64,000 bases of DNA. Origin: Vicugna vicugna (lineage: Eukaryota). Below the pieces are notes generated by a model that saw nothing but the letters and a program-made list of their open reading frames with translations, made no database searches and had not been told where the DNA came from. The position numbers were made by a program, and so were the translations under genes. Shown in pieces: positions 12,024 to 25,708 of this stretch. How positions within the stretch are numbered: position 1 is the first letter of the stretch; the number at the start of each line of letters is the position of its first letter. The stretch covers positions 1,265,696 to 1,329,695 of the forward strand of contig MU058540.1 of the NCBI GenBank assembly GCA_013265495.1, given 5' to 3'.

Positions 12024-15000
12024 TCAAGCTTCACCAAGAATGCTTCCACTGATGTAGGGCACAAAGGAAATCTTGAATGGCTTCTTCTAGTGCAGAAGTG
12101 TCCTCGAATGTGTCCCCTGCCCCATGGATAAACTATGCCCCAGGGCATGAGCTGCAGCCCTTGAGCTCACAGAGTTCACTGATCTTTGATGAGCCAAGTT
12201 GTGCCCTTTTAAGGGCAGACTGAAAACCAAGCTTAAATTGTCTCTGCTGCTTTCCTCATGGAAAAAACAAAATAGGCCCTTCCACCCCTTTTGGTATTGT
12301 AGCCCTTTATTAATGTGAGGGTGTGCATGTGTACAAGAATGGGTATTTATGGAGTGTGGTAGTCTGCAGTAAGAGAGCTTCCAGTCTGGCCACTGCTTAG
12401 TCTGTGGGTCTGAGCCTCAGTTTTCTCAGCTCTTAAATGGGAATAACAATGGTACTTACCTTAACAGGACATTGGCTTCTCTTGTGTGGGCTGTTGATTG
12501 GGAAAGCACACACAGGAGGCTGCTGGGGTGCTGGACATGTTCTAGATCTTGACCTGGACGACGGTTATACAATGCGTGGTTAAAAAGAGTTCATCAAGCT
12601 AAACCCATAAGTTTCCTTTTTCTTACTGCATGTAAAGTACATTATTAACATAGAAAAAATAGTACTCACTTCAGAAGGTGGTTGTGAGGATGGAATAGAA
12701 AGAACTTTAAATGTCTGACTTATAGGGGAAAACCAGTAAAAAAATCAACTATTATTAAGTATGAACGCGTGCATATGGGTGTGAACTTTTCTGTGGGCAC
12801 ATACTGGTGTGAGATTACATGACCCCAAGGGTGAGGTGGTGTGTCAGTGTATGGACTAAGGTCATGAGTTGGCACCTGTGTCAGTAGATGGATGCCTGAG
12901 TGTTGTGTGAACACAGGTTCCTGTGCATGTGCGTGGTGCACAGAACTCAACATGTATGTTGAATTTCACACTGAATGTGTGCATGCATGTGCAGCTATGC
13001 AGATGGCTCTGTTTCTCTGAACCTGTGTGTTCCACACAGGACAAAGCCTGAATGCTGAGCCAATGGTGCTGGGACTCAGCTGTGCTCCTCACACCAGGTG
13101 AGGTGGGGGTCGTTTGGCAGAGAGCCTGCTCCCCAACACCCACTCCATCCCGAGGGAGGGAGGTGGCAATGGAAGGCCTGGCTAACAGCTCTTAGCACCC
13201 ATTCCCTTCCCACAGTTGTAACTTCTTAAAGATGCAAATTCCTCTTCACTCCATGCAAACAAGTCCCCAGAATCAATGCTGTCTCCCCTCCGGGCCAACC
13301 ACCACCACCGTGATTGGACCCCACTGGACCACCCCCAGCCGAGCCAGGCTGCCTGGCTTAGGGATCAGAGTCAGCTGGAGTTGTTTCCTGTTTCTCAACC
13401 ACTGATTCTTTCTCTTCCCTGGGGGACCCTGGCTCTCCCTGCTGGCTCAGGTGTCCTGGAGAGAGCCTCAGATGAGTGTGGCTCAAACTGGCTGTGGGAC
13501 TCATGAAGGCAGTGCTCCCTCCAGATGGGCTCTCAGGCTGTTCCTGGTCTCATGTATGGGGATGCTCTGAATGGTCACTGTCCCCAACCCAAGGCACTGG
13601 ATGGAGAGAGGCCTGGCTCTCTCAGATCCTCCTGTGTGGCATATTTACCATGGGCTTCACTCAAGAACCCTGACCCTACTCATTCCCCACCAGTGCGCAA
13701 TTCTCCCATCTCCTAGGTCCTGTCTCCCCAACAGGGACATATGTCTTTGTCAGCCCTGGATGACCCATATCAGGGGGACTGGTAGGGGCTCAACAGACAG
13801 CCCTCCTGACCCACCTTGGTAACAACTCCCCCAAACTCACCAGCTCTATGTGGGCACCCCCCTCCCCAAGGCTCCTGGTTAAAGTGTGCTCAACTATCAG
13901 GAAGCCAGGATGTGTGGGAAGAGAGAGGTAAGTGACGGCAACAGCGTGAAAGCAAGAGCTGGAGGTGCTCCAAGGATTGGGGAGCCATGTGACACCAGTA
14001 ATTACATGCCATGAGGATGGGATGTGTATGTCACTGTGGTGCCCACCTGTGGCCTGGCCTGCATCCCTGGCCCTGGTACTGATATGGGCCCTTGAAGGCA
14101 CCTGGAAGCAAATGTGTTAGCCCCAATGCTCCGCCCTCGGAAGTGGTAATCCATAGTGGCCAAACCAGTTCCCAGGCATAGGTTTCTGGGCTGTCTTTCT
14201 CAATCTCGAGCACACTTGTGACTCCCCTACCCCTCTTAGGGGCCCCTGCCACTGTCTGGGGTCTGGGCTGGGCAGCGTCCACCTCCAGAAATCAGGCCAG
14301 TCCGGCACAGGACAGTCTCTCCTAGTCTCTCTCACACATTTGTTCATTTCTTTACTGAACAAGCCTACTGTATGCAGTCACTGAGGACAGCCCCTCCCGC
14401 TAGAGTCTCTTCTTAGAGGAAATTAGACTCTCTTCCAGAATGTCTACCCCAAACCAAGAAATACGCACAAAGCAAGGAATCACTGGAAATAAGGGCTGTG
14501 GTCCAGGGATAGACTCCTGAGCAGACTACAGATATTTTGGACTCTGCTTCCCAAATGCCCAGTGTCCCAGTCCTCTCTCTGCAGGAGCCCAGACCCCCCC
14601 ATATCTGGCAGGTCACAAAAATCTAACAATGGTCATCGCGTACTGGACACTCACCAGCATGTATACAATGCTAAACTTTTATGAAGGATTTTAATTCTGA
14701 TGACACCTCTGGAAAAAGAACTGTCCTTATTTACAGATTGGGATACTGAGCTTCTGAATGGTTAAATAAACTGAGCAGTCACACAGCAGAGAAGCAGTAG
14801 AGCTAAGTTCACCTACCTGGAGTGGAGAGCCAGAGGTAACACTTGCCCTGGAGGAGTGGGGATTTGGAAAACACACTGGTAGGAGCAGCCAGGCCAGGGC
14901 AGTGTCCATCTTTTCCAGACAAGGCCTGGGCCATGTGGTGCCCTCTGCTGGCCATGGGCCCACCCTGTACCAGCTCTGAGGTGGCCAGCCTACCAGCACC

Positions 15001-15759
15001 CCTAAGGGACTACTTTTGCCCTCCACACATTTCCCTTCCTACCTACAACATAGCTCAGGGCAGCCACACCCTGAGAAGACATCCTTCACAGCTCAGCCGC
15101 AATCCCTCCCTGGCCCTTGCTGTCCGGCTGCCCTCTAGGTGTGGGGGCCTCTGTTGCTCAGAGGCCTCAAGCAGCGACAGCCCAGTCTTTCAGGGATCGT
15201 GGGTGTCTTGGCTGCTGACCAGGGCTGCGGGCTTGGTGCCGGTGAGCATGGCCCCACAGGCTCTCTCCTTGGGCCCTCAATCAGATGCAGCCCCCCTCTT
15301 CTCTCAGACTTCTCCCCTTCCCCGCAGCCCAGCCGGAGGAATTCCTAGAACTCGGCTCCAGGGCCCTAGACTGTCCTTAAGAGGACAGGACCACAGGAAC
15401 TATGACCTATTGGGGCTTCGGCTTCACTCCTCCAGGCCCCTGCCTCATGGCTCCTGGGTGGGGGCCACCCCTGGGTGTACCTAGCTTCTTGTTTGCTCCA
15501 TAAGCGTCTGCAAGAGTGACCAACAGAGAGAGGCTGGGACACAAGGGTCTGGGGACAGAATCAGAACTGCCAGGACAGGAGAGAGGTCAACCACAGCCAT
15601 GAGTCTGAGTCTGAAGAGGGGTCTTCTTGGTCAGAGAAGATCATCGCAGAGTGAGCTGGGACAACCAGCAGACTTTGAGGGAGTGTGTGACACATGAGGT
15701 CAGACCCGCTGGCAGTCCTTTGATGATCTCATCTAGTCCTGAGGCTTTTAATTACATCT

Positions 15760-16660
15760 AATCGCTGATGGCGCCCACATCACATCCCCTGCCCCAATCT
15801 CCCCACTAAACTGCAGACTTGTATATTCACCTGCCAATACATAACAGGCATCTCACACCGAACAGCCCCAAATTCATTCCTGATTTCTACCCCAAGCCTG
15901 CTCCTCATGCAGTCATACTTCTTAGGTAACTCACCTGTCTAGTAGATTCTAGCTGTTCAGGTCCCAATTTCAGGAGTTGTCTCATTCAACATCTAACCCA
16001 TCAGCAAATACTGTTGGCTCAAATTTCAAAATGTTTTGAGCATCTAACCTCTTCTCACCACCTCCACTGACACCACCCAGTAAACACAGATCTATCTCAC
16101 TGCTTCTGCCCTTGTCCCCCCCCCAAGTTTATTCTCAACACAGCAGCCAGATGGATCTTTCAAAGGATGTCAGATGTGTCCCTCCCTCCCTGTGCTCACA
16201 ACCCTTCAGTGACTCCAGTCTGAGTCACATCAAGGGCCCATGTGACCTGAGCCCCCACCTCACCCCTCTCCTCACTTCACCTCTTATTACTCTTCTCGCT
16301 CACTGTACAGCAGCCAAGCTCCTGCCTCAGGGCCTTTACACATGCTGTTCTCTCTGCCTGGAATGTTCTTAACCCAGATACCCACAAGGCTTTGTGCACA
16401 TTAGTAAGGCTTCTCTGACTGCCCTGTGTAAAACAGCAACCCTCTCTGCCTCATTAGCACTCCCTGGCCTTTGCTTTCTCTCCACACCACCTCTCACCTC
16501 TTGACACATTACATCTTCTTAATCGTCTGTCTACCTGGACTAGAATGACAGCTCTATAAGGGTAGGGGGTTTTGCCTCTCTGGGTTTCTGCTGTATCTCC
16601 AGCACCTAAAATAATGCCTGGCAGGGAAATGATGTCCAGTAGATGAATGAGTAAATGCAC
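15760..16660 (+). mobile_element. L2 fragment
   Basis: catcagcaaatactgttggctc, cacagcagccaga, cctcagggcctttacacatgctgttctctctgcctggaatg, ending gatgaatgagtaaatg. Confidence 0.75.
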
Positions 16661-17362
16661 TGCAAAGGGGCAAGGTCAGCAGAGCTCTCCCCGACTGGGC
16701 CAGGGAAGGAACTAGGAGCCCATATTCTCCTACACTTCCCCCTCTAGATTACAGATTCCGGAAGGAATATTCCCCATGGTGGTGCTGATGTCCTTTCAGT
16801 GTCTCAAGTACACCATCTTCTCTCCCATCTTCTCACAAGCTGTTTCCTCCATCCCATTCCCATCTCTCCATCCTTCAGGTCCTTAAGTGAAGAGAAGCCC
16901 CCCAGATACTCCTGGGCTAAGCTAAGGTTGCTTACTCCATACTCCCAGCCTGCACTCCCATTACCACGGGCGTCGTGACACTTCAGAGTTCCTTTTTCAC
17001 AAACTGAGCACCACACCAGCCTGCTTCATCTGGACAGTTGGGAGGATTAAATGAGGTCGTTTAATAGGAATTGGTCAGCCAGTATTACCATAATTATAGT
17101 GGACATTCAGACATTTGTTGTTTGTGATGGAAAAGCAGCACACTAAAAGTAATATTTAAGCTAGAAATCACAGCCTTGAATAAATCCTGGGAAATGCTAG
17201 GGAACCCTGGCCCACATTTTGAACATCACTGTTCTAAATGACTTCAGCTCCTTCAAACTCTAGTGAACCTGGTCAACACAGCCCTGGCTAGATCTGGCTC
17301 AGTTTCACAGACCAGGTGGACGAGGGGTTAACCCCTTCAGGCCACCCTTACTATCCTCACGC

Positions 17363-17502
17363 AAAGGGTGGTCTGAGGAATCTGAGGATCAGCAGCATCC
17401 ACTCACTTGGGAGCTTGTTAGAAACAGAATCTTGCCCTCTTTCCCAGGATCTTCTACATCAGAATTTCCCTTTTAACACATTCAAGTTTGGGAAGCAATG
17501 CC
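17363..17502. mobile_element. MER5-like hAT element
   Basis: atcagcagcatc...cacttgggagcttgttagaaacagaatctt...atcagaatttcccttttaaca...aagtttgggaagca. Confidence 0.65.
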
Positions 17503-19559
17503 CCAGATCACAGCATCTCAGAACTAAGGGCTAAAAAGGATATTTTTAAAAATCTGTGAGTTCCACCCAAGTCCAAACAACGTCTTCATTTTATAGAGGA
17601 GGCATCCGAGACTTACCAGTCACGCTAGCCTGTCAGAGAAGCCATTCTCTGGACACCCTGACTCCCAAATTCACACTTCTCCCTGTCTCAAGCAGTCTCG
17701 CCTGCTCCCTGCTCCACTCCCATTTTTGAAATAAAGGCATGAGTGCCCTCTGTGCCTGTTCTCTTGGCCGCCAGACAGGGCTGGACATCAGGTGGTGCCT
17801 GGGAAAGTGTCCGGGTCACAGCAAGCAGGTGAGGGAGGGGCCTTCTCAAGAACAGGGTGGGAGGCACCTTGTACAACCTGAGCTGGGGCAGGGAGGTGAC
17901 TTGAGAGGACCTATTTGCTCTGCAGGGAGGGCTGGGCCCAGACCACTGCAACTGCCTCCACACCCCCCACCCCTAGACAAAAGCTCAGCTGAAAGCCCCC
18001 TCCCTGTCACCTAGCCCCCGTGGGAATGGCTCAGGCCAGAAGCCACCATCAAATCTGCTCCTTTCTCCCAGGGCCTGGTAACTTCTTGACAGGTTACAGC
18101 CCCAAAGACAAACAGCTTCTGCCAAGCAAATAACTGCAACGGTGGGGATGTTGGGGAAGGCCTGGGAGTGGGTCTGAGCTGCCAGAAGACCCAGGTGACA
18201 GGGTGGGGGCCTCTCTTCTGCAGAGGACAAATAACCGTGGGCACTTGGAAGCAAGGAGGATGCAGGTGCACTGTTCGCACCGCGGGCAGAGGCAAGGGTG
18301 CTCACACCACAGGGGTTTCTGGGCCAGCCTCCTGGCTCCCTAGCCCTGGGCTCTGTGTCAGGCTATACAGAGACCTTGGGGCTTTGAAGCAGAGACCAGG
18401 GTTCTTCTGTGCTGCCTCCTTTGTCTCGTGCAATCTGTGGCCACAGGTTCCCTCACTGAGCTGCCTACAGGAAGATGGCCAGGGAATCCCCTCCCCCAGC
18501 TACTGAATCCTGGATCCCTTGGCTCACTGCCAGGGCCACCATCATTTAGAATACAAAGCCATGCCAGCCAGGGTGAAGGCCCAATCTGGGGGTCTGCAAT
18601 TAAGTGTAATGCCAGCATCTGGGAGCCAATGCCATGGGTCTGAGCAGTAAGACATAAGCAACTCCCTTCCCTCTCTGATTTCACTTTCCCTTCAACACAG
18701 AAACGGTGATGATGTGACTAAGGACAAACTTGAGTTCTGAGCTCCTAAGAATGCTACAGACATGAAGGGATGGACCCAGTGAACCCACCATTTGCCATAT
18801 TTGTCAATTAAGTTTCTTTCATGCTATCTGACCACTGTGTAACCTGCCTTCCTATCTCCTGGCCAAGGTCATAGGACTGTCTCATAAGTACGCAGGGGCA
18901 GATTCCAAGTTTGCTTGCCAACTGCCTGGAGTGTGATCCCTACCTGGCTCTCAGGTTCCCAGGCTAGTCCGCAAAAACTTATGTAGTTCATAATCTACCA
19001 GAACCACTAAGGGAAACACACAAGGGAAGATGCATTCCCTCTTCTAAATCTAGGATGCCAGGGGCCCAGCTGGGACTTTGAAGGACTGTCCAACTTGGCT
19101 TTGTCTGCTTTCCCAGTAGGAAAGATGCCCACAGTGCTTTGCATTCTTCTTGTGCTATTCCTGTACCTGCACAATGTGCCTGACAAACAGTAAATGCCCA
19201 AGTGATGCCTGCTGGCTGATCAACATTAACTTGACCAGTACATCCTATGTGCTGGGGACAGAGTAATGCTCCTTAGACACATGGTACCCTGGGGACCTAA
19301 AGACCATTGAAGGCAGTTTCACTTTTCTGGCCACTGGAAGCCAGGAAGAGCAGCAGATCCAATTATAACCCTAGGACTGATTTCCCAAACATAAAATGAA
19401 CGTCAGGGTCTCAGTTTTCCCTTCTGCAAAAGGAGACTGAGAAACCAAAAATCGCATTATCAGAGCCACCCTGGGACCAAGCAGACATACAGGGGCTTCA
19501 GGACACAATAAAACTCACTGACACACAAGAAAATAGGGTTGGTTTTTTTTTTGTTTGTT

Positions 19560-22500
19560 TTTTGGTGTGTGTTAATTTAATCATACAAATATTCATTTAT
19601 ACAGTAAGGAAAAACCTCCTCATCTTCATCTCCTCCCAGGCACCACGAGGCCCCACCACAAACAACCACCCAGCTTGCTTGCTACACACCACTGTCCAGG
19701 TGGAGGAAGCAGCAATTGCTGCTCCAGCATTCACCCAAGGATAAAAAAAAAAAGACAAGGCAGGGTGGGGTGGGGAATCAGCTTCCATTTCTGAGCCCTG
19801 GCAACCCCACCATCCTCTCCTGCTAGGGCTCAGGTTGAATTTGGGGAGGTGTTTATTCTCATACCCACTTCCCACCTTGGCCACAGCTGTCTTGGTGAGG
19901 TTCTCTCCAGGCTGGAAGTGCCTTCGACGGACTTAAGGTTACAGCCAGTCCTTGTTGGGGGAAGAGAAGGCTGTTTCTTGTAGAAAAATGCCCCGAATTC
20001 AACTGCCCCCAAGGCAAAAAGAAATAAAGGCATGCACGCGTGCACACAGATCCACACATACCTCACTCCATGCACACGGGCCTGAGCCCCTCTACCTCCC
20101 CCACTGGGCTCAGGTCCTTAAGGATGCTGCTTGTGTCACCTCATGGGTACCAGACACTGGAAGTCCTGCCCAGGGGCAGCCTGCCATTTGATGAGGAGCC
20201 TAAGAGGAACTGAGACCACTGAGGCTGAGAGGGTAGCCTATGCTGCCCAACTCAGCAGGGGAGAGGAGGGGCTCGAGGAGTTGCTCAGAACCTAAACCAA
20301 TGGGAGGAGGCAGGATCAAGGGTACTGACAGCCTCCAGGTCCTGGGGGAACCACAGACTCCTTCCGCTCCTACTCCATGGCTTGCGCTTGCTCTGGCCTC
20401 AGCAAGGAGCTCACCTCTCCAAAGACGTGTACAGAAATGGTTTGTCTTTGGGAGGGAAGCTAACGTGCTTGGGCCAATTACCTTGCTGGGTGAAGCTGCC
20501 TACAAGCAAGAGGAGAAGAGGATTCCCCTGGCAGGGCCAGACCCACTGATGGTGACCTATGAAGTCACTGCTGAATCATGGCAGGCAGCCCCTCCTGGGA
20601 AGGGGAAGGGGCGCCTAGTGTGGGGCAGATGAGGAAGCCAGGAAACCAGGAAACCAGGGGATGGAAAGCTTCCCACGATCCCACCAGGGCAGCTGAAGAT
20701 GTGACGCTCTGAGGCTATCTAGTGAGGAAAACGGCTGGGCATGTGTAGGCTCCAGGGTGGTGGTGTCCAGGAGGTTGGCACCAACAGTAGCAGAAGTCTG
20801 GGCCTAACAGGGCCCCCAGACAAAAAGCTATCGTGAGCCCCTGCTTGGGCTTGGGGTGGCCTGGGCACCTGGCAGGGACTCCCATCTGCTCTGCTCGGGA
20901 ATGGGGTACTCTTTGTGTGCATAGAAAGTAGGTGCTCCGCTGTGAGCCCGAGTCCAGCCCCAGCTGCACTGCTCTCTCAGCAGGCTGGCTCCACCCTCCC
21001 TCAGGACCTCTCCAGTGGACCAATGTTTATTCCCCCTTTCAATTTTTTGGGAGGTGGGAAGGCAAAGGGGGAATTTCATACAAACTTTTCTCTCACAATC
21101 AAGCTTTAAAAAAACAACAGTCTCAGAAGAGGATGAGGAGGAACAAACAACACACATTTTTTTCTCAGACACCCAGAAAGAGAGACAGGCAGGCAGACCC
21201 TCACCCACACCCAGGCTGTATGACCCACTGCAGCCGCTCATCGACCTGGTCTCCCTGCTGGTCTCACACCCCCAGGATGGGTGGGGGTGTGGGAACAGGC
21301 AGGCAACTCTGCACCCACACCTAGACCCATATCCCTGGCTATCAACCAACCAAGACTCGAGGGAAGGAGGGGTAAGAAGAGAAGAGGGACTTTGCATATT
21401 CTTGTATCTTTGGCAGACAGCTGTTCTAGCCTGGTTCAAACTTTCCATGGAGATATCCACATCTCAAACTGCTTGGAATCCACAGGATGCCAGTGGGGCC
21501 ACCTGTCCAAGTGAGCAGCCAGCTAATCAGCCTGTGCTCTGGCAGGGCTGCCCTTTGCCCACCACCTCCCAATAACCAAGCATCCTGCTCAGGGCTGGGG
21601 ACCTTTCAGTTCCATCAAAATGTGGTAGCTATGGCCCTTCCCCATGGCAAATTCCCCATCTGGGGCTATATTTTCATACCTTAACAGCTCAGCTTCCACT
21701 AACAGGCTGTGAAACCACCACAAAGGACAACTGGAGGGGAACACAGGGAAAGGAGCTGTGTGACAACAGAGAAGCATGGGAAACCTTCACATTTGCCTGC
21801 TGCACAATCGCTGGTGAGCTGCACCAACACCCGTGTGTGTGTGCACGTGGCACACGCACATATGCAGCACAGAGGCACTGTTCCCAGAGTGAATGGGGGC
21901 CACTGTGTACAAAGAATCAAGAAGAGCAGTAAGCGTGATGGCATTTCTCTCTGCCAAGAGAAACATGGAAGGAAAGCAATTTGAATTGTTACAAGTGTGT
22001 GCAGAAGGACACCTCTCAGCCTCAGAAACTCCCACGTCACCCGAGATCTGTCCTCAAGGCTTCCTCCGCTGGCCACACAGGGAAGTTTGGTCTTCAGAGA
22101 GGTTCTGATGGTAACAAGCCACAGGGTTGACGAATACAAATGTCAAAGGTGTAAATCAACAGAAGATTAACGAGAAAAGAAGAGGAAAAGGGTGATAACT
22201 CATTGGCTGATGCCATGAAAAACAAATGGGGTCAGAGACTTGTGGAGTCATGTGGCACTGACCCGCAGAGTCCCCAAACATGCCACGCCAGCTTCCAACC
22301 TGAATCGCTTCCAGAGCAAGCAGCTATTCTATAAAGAGTATGTTATCCCTTATCTAAAAAAAATAAAAGTGGGAAAGAGGGGAGAAAATTAACATGTGCT
22401 CAAAACTACAACCTGTCTGTAGGCAAAATAATTTTTGTTTAAAAAGATGGCTTTTTTCCCCCATTTTAAACTTTTTTTTTCCTTCTCGAGTGACCTAATG

Positions 22501-22773
22501 ACTTGCTAGACTGACACTTAATAAACAAAACCCAAAGTGGCTGCACGGATTTCTTCTTGGTAGCCTCAACACCATTCCTGCGAATCAGCATTCACACATG
22601 CATACTGAGTTTACTCAAAACTAGTCTGTTCTGTGTCTTCCTCTTCTTCCAGGATGGGGGGTCAGAGGCAGGGGTCCACGCGATGTGGTCTGCAATCCAG
22701 AGGAACCCCTTGCCCTCCCCCCCAAAGTCAAGCCTTCTGTCTTTTGTAAATTTTTCTTCTTGCTGACACCCGT
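19560..22773 (-). other. ILRUN: ILRUN 3'UTR (~3.2 kb)
   Basis: Sequence free of recognisable interspersed repeats, running from the stop codon to an ATTAAA signal with upstream TGTA elements and a downstream GT/T-rich tract. Exact cleavage site inferred. Confidence 0.8.
19576..19581 (-). terminator. Distal polyadenylation signal ATTAAA of ILRUN
   Basis: Minus strand ...ctgtataaatgaatatttgtatgATTAAAttaacacacacc..., followed by tttcttgtgtgtcagtgagttttattgtgt (downstream GU/U-rich element). Confidence 0.75.
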
Positions 22774-22809
22774 TTAAGACTGGCCGAAGGGATAAGGCCC
22801 GTGGAGCCC
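22774..22809 (-). CDS. ILRUN: ILRUN last exon, coding part (GLHGPYPFGQS*)
   Basis: Acceptor ttcactctcttccag| at 22811-22810, then GGG CTC CAC GGG CCT TAT CCC TTC GGC CAG TCT TAA; phase 0, matching the preceding exon, and the recognised ILRUN C-terminus. Confidence 0.96.
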   Translation of the reverse strand, partial: GLHGPYPFGQS

Positions 22810-25594
22810 CTGGAAGAGAGTGAACACAGTCAGTGATGGTAGACACAGGCAGGTACAATTTGACAACCAAACCAAGTAAAAGAATTAGTCATTCCCAGTG
22901 AGCCAGAAGGAAGCCCAAGGGCACAGACAAGGCCTGCGGGTTGTTCTTGCCATGCAAAATCTCAAGAAGCCAAGTATCAGCACATTTCAAGTTGCTAAGT
23001 GTTCTCACTCAATCACACCATCCAAGAGAGAGGTGGCTAGGGGACAGACTTCTCGTCTTTCAGATGCTAGATCAACTGGTGCCAACCTTCCTCCACCCAG
23101 GTCACAAAGCCTTCCTTCCTTTTTGACAATATCTCAACCTCTCTGCTAAAGATCCTTGGATACCACTTTCTACACTTTATCCTCAGGTGTAGGCTACTGC
23201 TGGCTGATGACAATTACTTCAACAACAAAAACACTGCAGCCACTGTCCACCTAGTTACAGGCAGGATAGCAGGGGCTTTGTGTACATTGTCTTTAATCCT
23301 CATCCCCAAAGCCAAGTGAGTATTATTACATCCATTTGGCTGATGCCCATCTGACTGCAGAGATTAAGAGATTTGTTCAAAGTCACATGGGTAGTAAAAG
23401 GCAAAGATTCAAACTCAGGACTGATCTTTGTTCTCTCCACATTGCTTCTCCCTTGCCATATGATGATAAGGTTTATTCCAAATTCCCAAAGGCATTTTCT
23501 ATGCTGCTTGGCTGCTGGAGAAGGCTTCATAGTCTCACTTTTCCCTTTTGTTAAGAATGAGACACTAAGATGTGCCCACACCAAAAGCAGCTTCATGAAC
23601 TTGCTAGAGGATGTCCTGTGCCTCCCTCCACCTTCACCCCACTCCACCTTGGACAGTGCTTCTTGAAAAGACCCAGGAGAGCAAAGCTAACTGGTAACCA
23701 CTCTCACTAAGGTCCTACACCCCAAACTGGCCCAGATACAGCAGGACCTTTGGATCAAAGGGGTCAAATGGGCATGGAGAGGAGGTGCCACAGCCATACC
23801 ATGACAATCGACCAGAGGGGTTTCCCGATGCTTGACAACTATGTCAAGAATCCTGAATCTAGGCACAATTGGGGTGAGGAGGCACAAGAATGACTGAGAT
23901 GACATTTTCCATTAGTTTGATGGGATGTGGGCAGTCAGAATTTGATTTTCTTAAAAGAATGACACATTTCTTTGAAAAGGAATACAAGTGCTTCGTTGCA
24001 GGGTTGCCAGTGATTAAAATCCCTTATCAGTATGACTTTATTTTGTTTGTTGTCATCCCCTTAGCACCTAGCATGGTACCTGTCCCTTAGTAGATACCCA
24101 ATAAGTATTTGTTGAATTAATAACTAAAAGAGGACAGGTATTTTTCAGACTACTACCTGGAGTGTCAGACCCCTTTAAGTCAAAGAATACTGGCCCTTCC
24201 AACCCAAGTTTTTAAACAGCTGCTTAGGTCTGGGGATACAGTGTCTGAGTCATGCCATCCATTTGGTCACCGTCTCCCAGGTCCCAGGAGAGGCTGGGCT
24301 CTCTGGAAGTGCTTGCTAGAGATGCACAACCTCATGGTTTCTACTGCGGTGGGATGCAGCTCATGCAGAACTGAGACAAAGAGACCTGGGTTCTGCTCCC
24401 AGCTCTGTACTAGCTCACCAAGTGACCTTGGGTAAGGTCCCCTCCTCTCAGGATCTCAGGTTGTTCCTTAAATTTTTCCAGATTTAAGGTTCTAGGCATT
24501 GACACAAAGTACCTAGCCAAGGAGGCTAAAAAAACAGTATTATAAGAAAAAATGTTCTCTGTTCATGCTTATAATGCCAGAAGTCAAAGCTGCCAAGAAT
24601 AGGGACCATGAGATCAAACTTTCCAGTTTTTTCAGTGGAAAGCACTGAAATTGCTTTTGCTTTTTTTCCCTCTCTCCATATAAAGCCTCAAAAGACCAGA
24701 AGTTATGTCTAGCTGCTTGGTGGAATTATTGAACACAAAAACCCTGAAGAGGTGAATTCGGGGGATGGGCAACATTGATAAGAGCATCAACTATGTGCCA
24801 TGTGCTTGCTGCTATAGCACTTTAACATGTTCTCTTTAATTTTCATGAAGATAAATTAAGACAAGTACAATCTCCAAGTTCTGAGAGGTGAGGTAACCTG
24901 ATCAAGGGCACAGAGCTGGTAAGCAGAGCAGGGGTGATTAAAATGCCATATGCCTGCCAGCCCCTGAGTCAATCATGTCTCCAGCAGGCAAGCTAAGGCT
25001 ATAACCACCTTGGTAGTCATAGCACCCACCCATTCAACCAAGTGCTAGAGGAGCAAAAAACTCTTAGAATCCATTTGGGGGGCCTGGTTGGAGGGTCACA
25101 GACCCCAGAGGTAAAAATTAAAGCAGCTTGTAACAAGCTGCTCTCAGTGCTTCCCAGCAACATTCATTCATCCAGAAAAATTCAAGGAAGGCAATAAAGG
25201 CTGTGATTCCTGTAAGATTTAGAACCAATACAATGCTTAAAGGTCTCTGTGCAGGAAAAAATGCTCAGAGAAAAGAAAACCCGAAGAACAAACAGCATTT
25301 GTTTTCTGTGAACTATTCGTTCCTTCACTCTAAATTTAACTGCTTTCCAGACCAAAGCTCCACATATTCACACTGGCTCTTACAAAGCAAGCCCTTGCCT
25401 TGTGACTTGTGTGGAATGCTTGGAGAACAGACTTCATGACTTTGCCAAGGAGCTGTTGTGCATGCCCATTTTACAGATAAACTAAATGGGTCCTATGCCA
25501 TTGGCAGAAAAATACAGCAGACGTGGGCATTTTCAGATTTCCACATGAATGCCCTGGCCCTCAGACCACTCAGTATGGCATGGTATGGTATGTA

Positions 25595-25708
25595 TTTTTT
25601 TTAGTTTTAAGAAACCCCTTTTTTTTTCTTTAATGGATGTCCCGGGGATTGAACCCAGGATCTTGCGCATGCTAAGCATGCACTCTACCACTGAGCTATA
25701 ACCTCCCG
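25595..25708 (-). mobile_element. tRNA-Ala-derived SINE, camelid vic-1 type
   Basis: Minus strand gggaggttatagctcagtggtagagtgcatgcttagcatgcgcaagatcctgggttcaatccccgggacatcca, with A box, AGC anticodon arm and B box, followed by an A-rich tail. Confidence 0.8.

Noticed and set aside
124..19500. Many 60-213 aa ORFs in the GC-rich intergenic region (e.g. 14843-15484, 3895-4431)
   Set aside because: No recognisable protein similarity, low-complexity P/G/S/L composition, overlap on both strands and with MIR/L2; expected by chance in GC-rich DNA.
20828..21575. Long overlapping ORFs (210 aa minus, 186 aa plus)
   Set aside because: They lie within the ILRUN 3'UTR and show no recognisable homology or splice support.
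25633..25708. Possible tRNA-Ala(AGC) gene
   Set aside because: Acceptor stem does not pair cleanly and it is followed by an A-rich tail; better explained as a tRNA-derived SINE.
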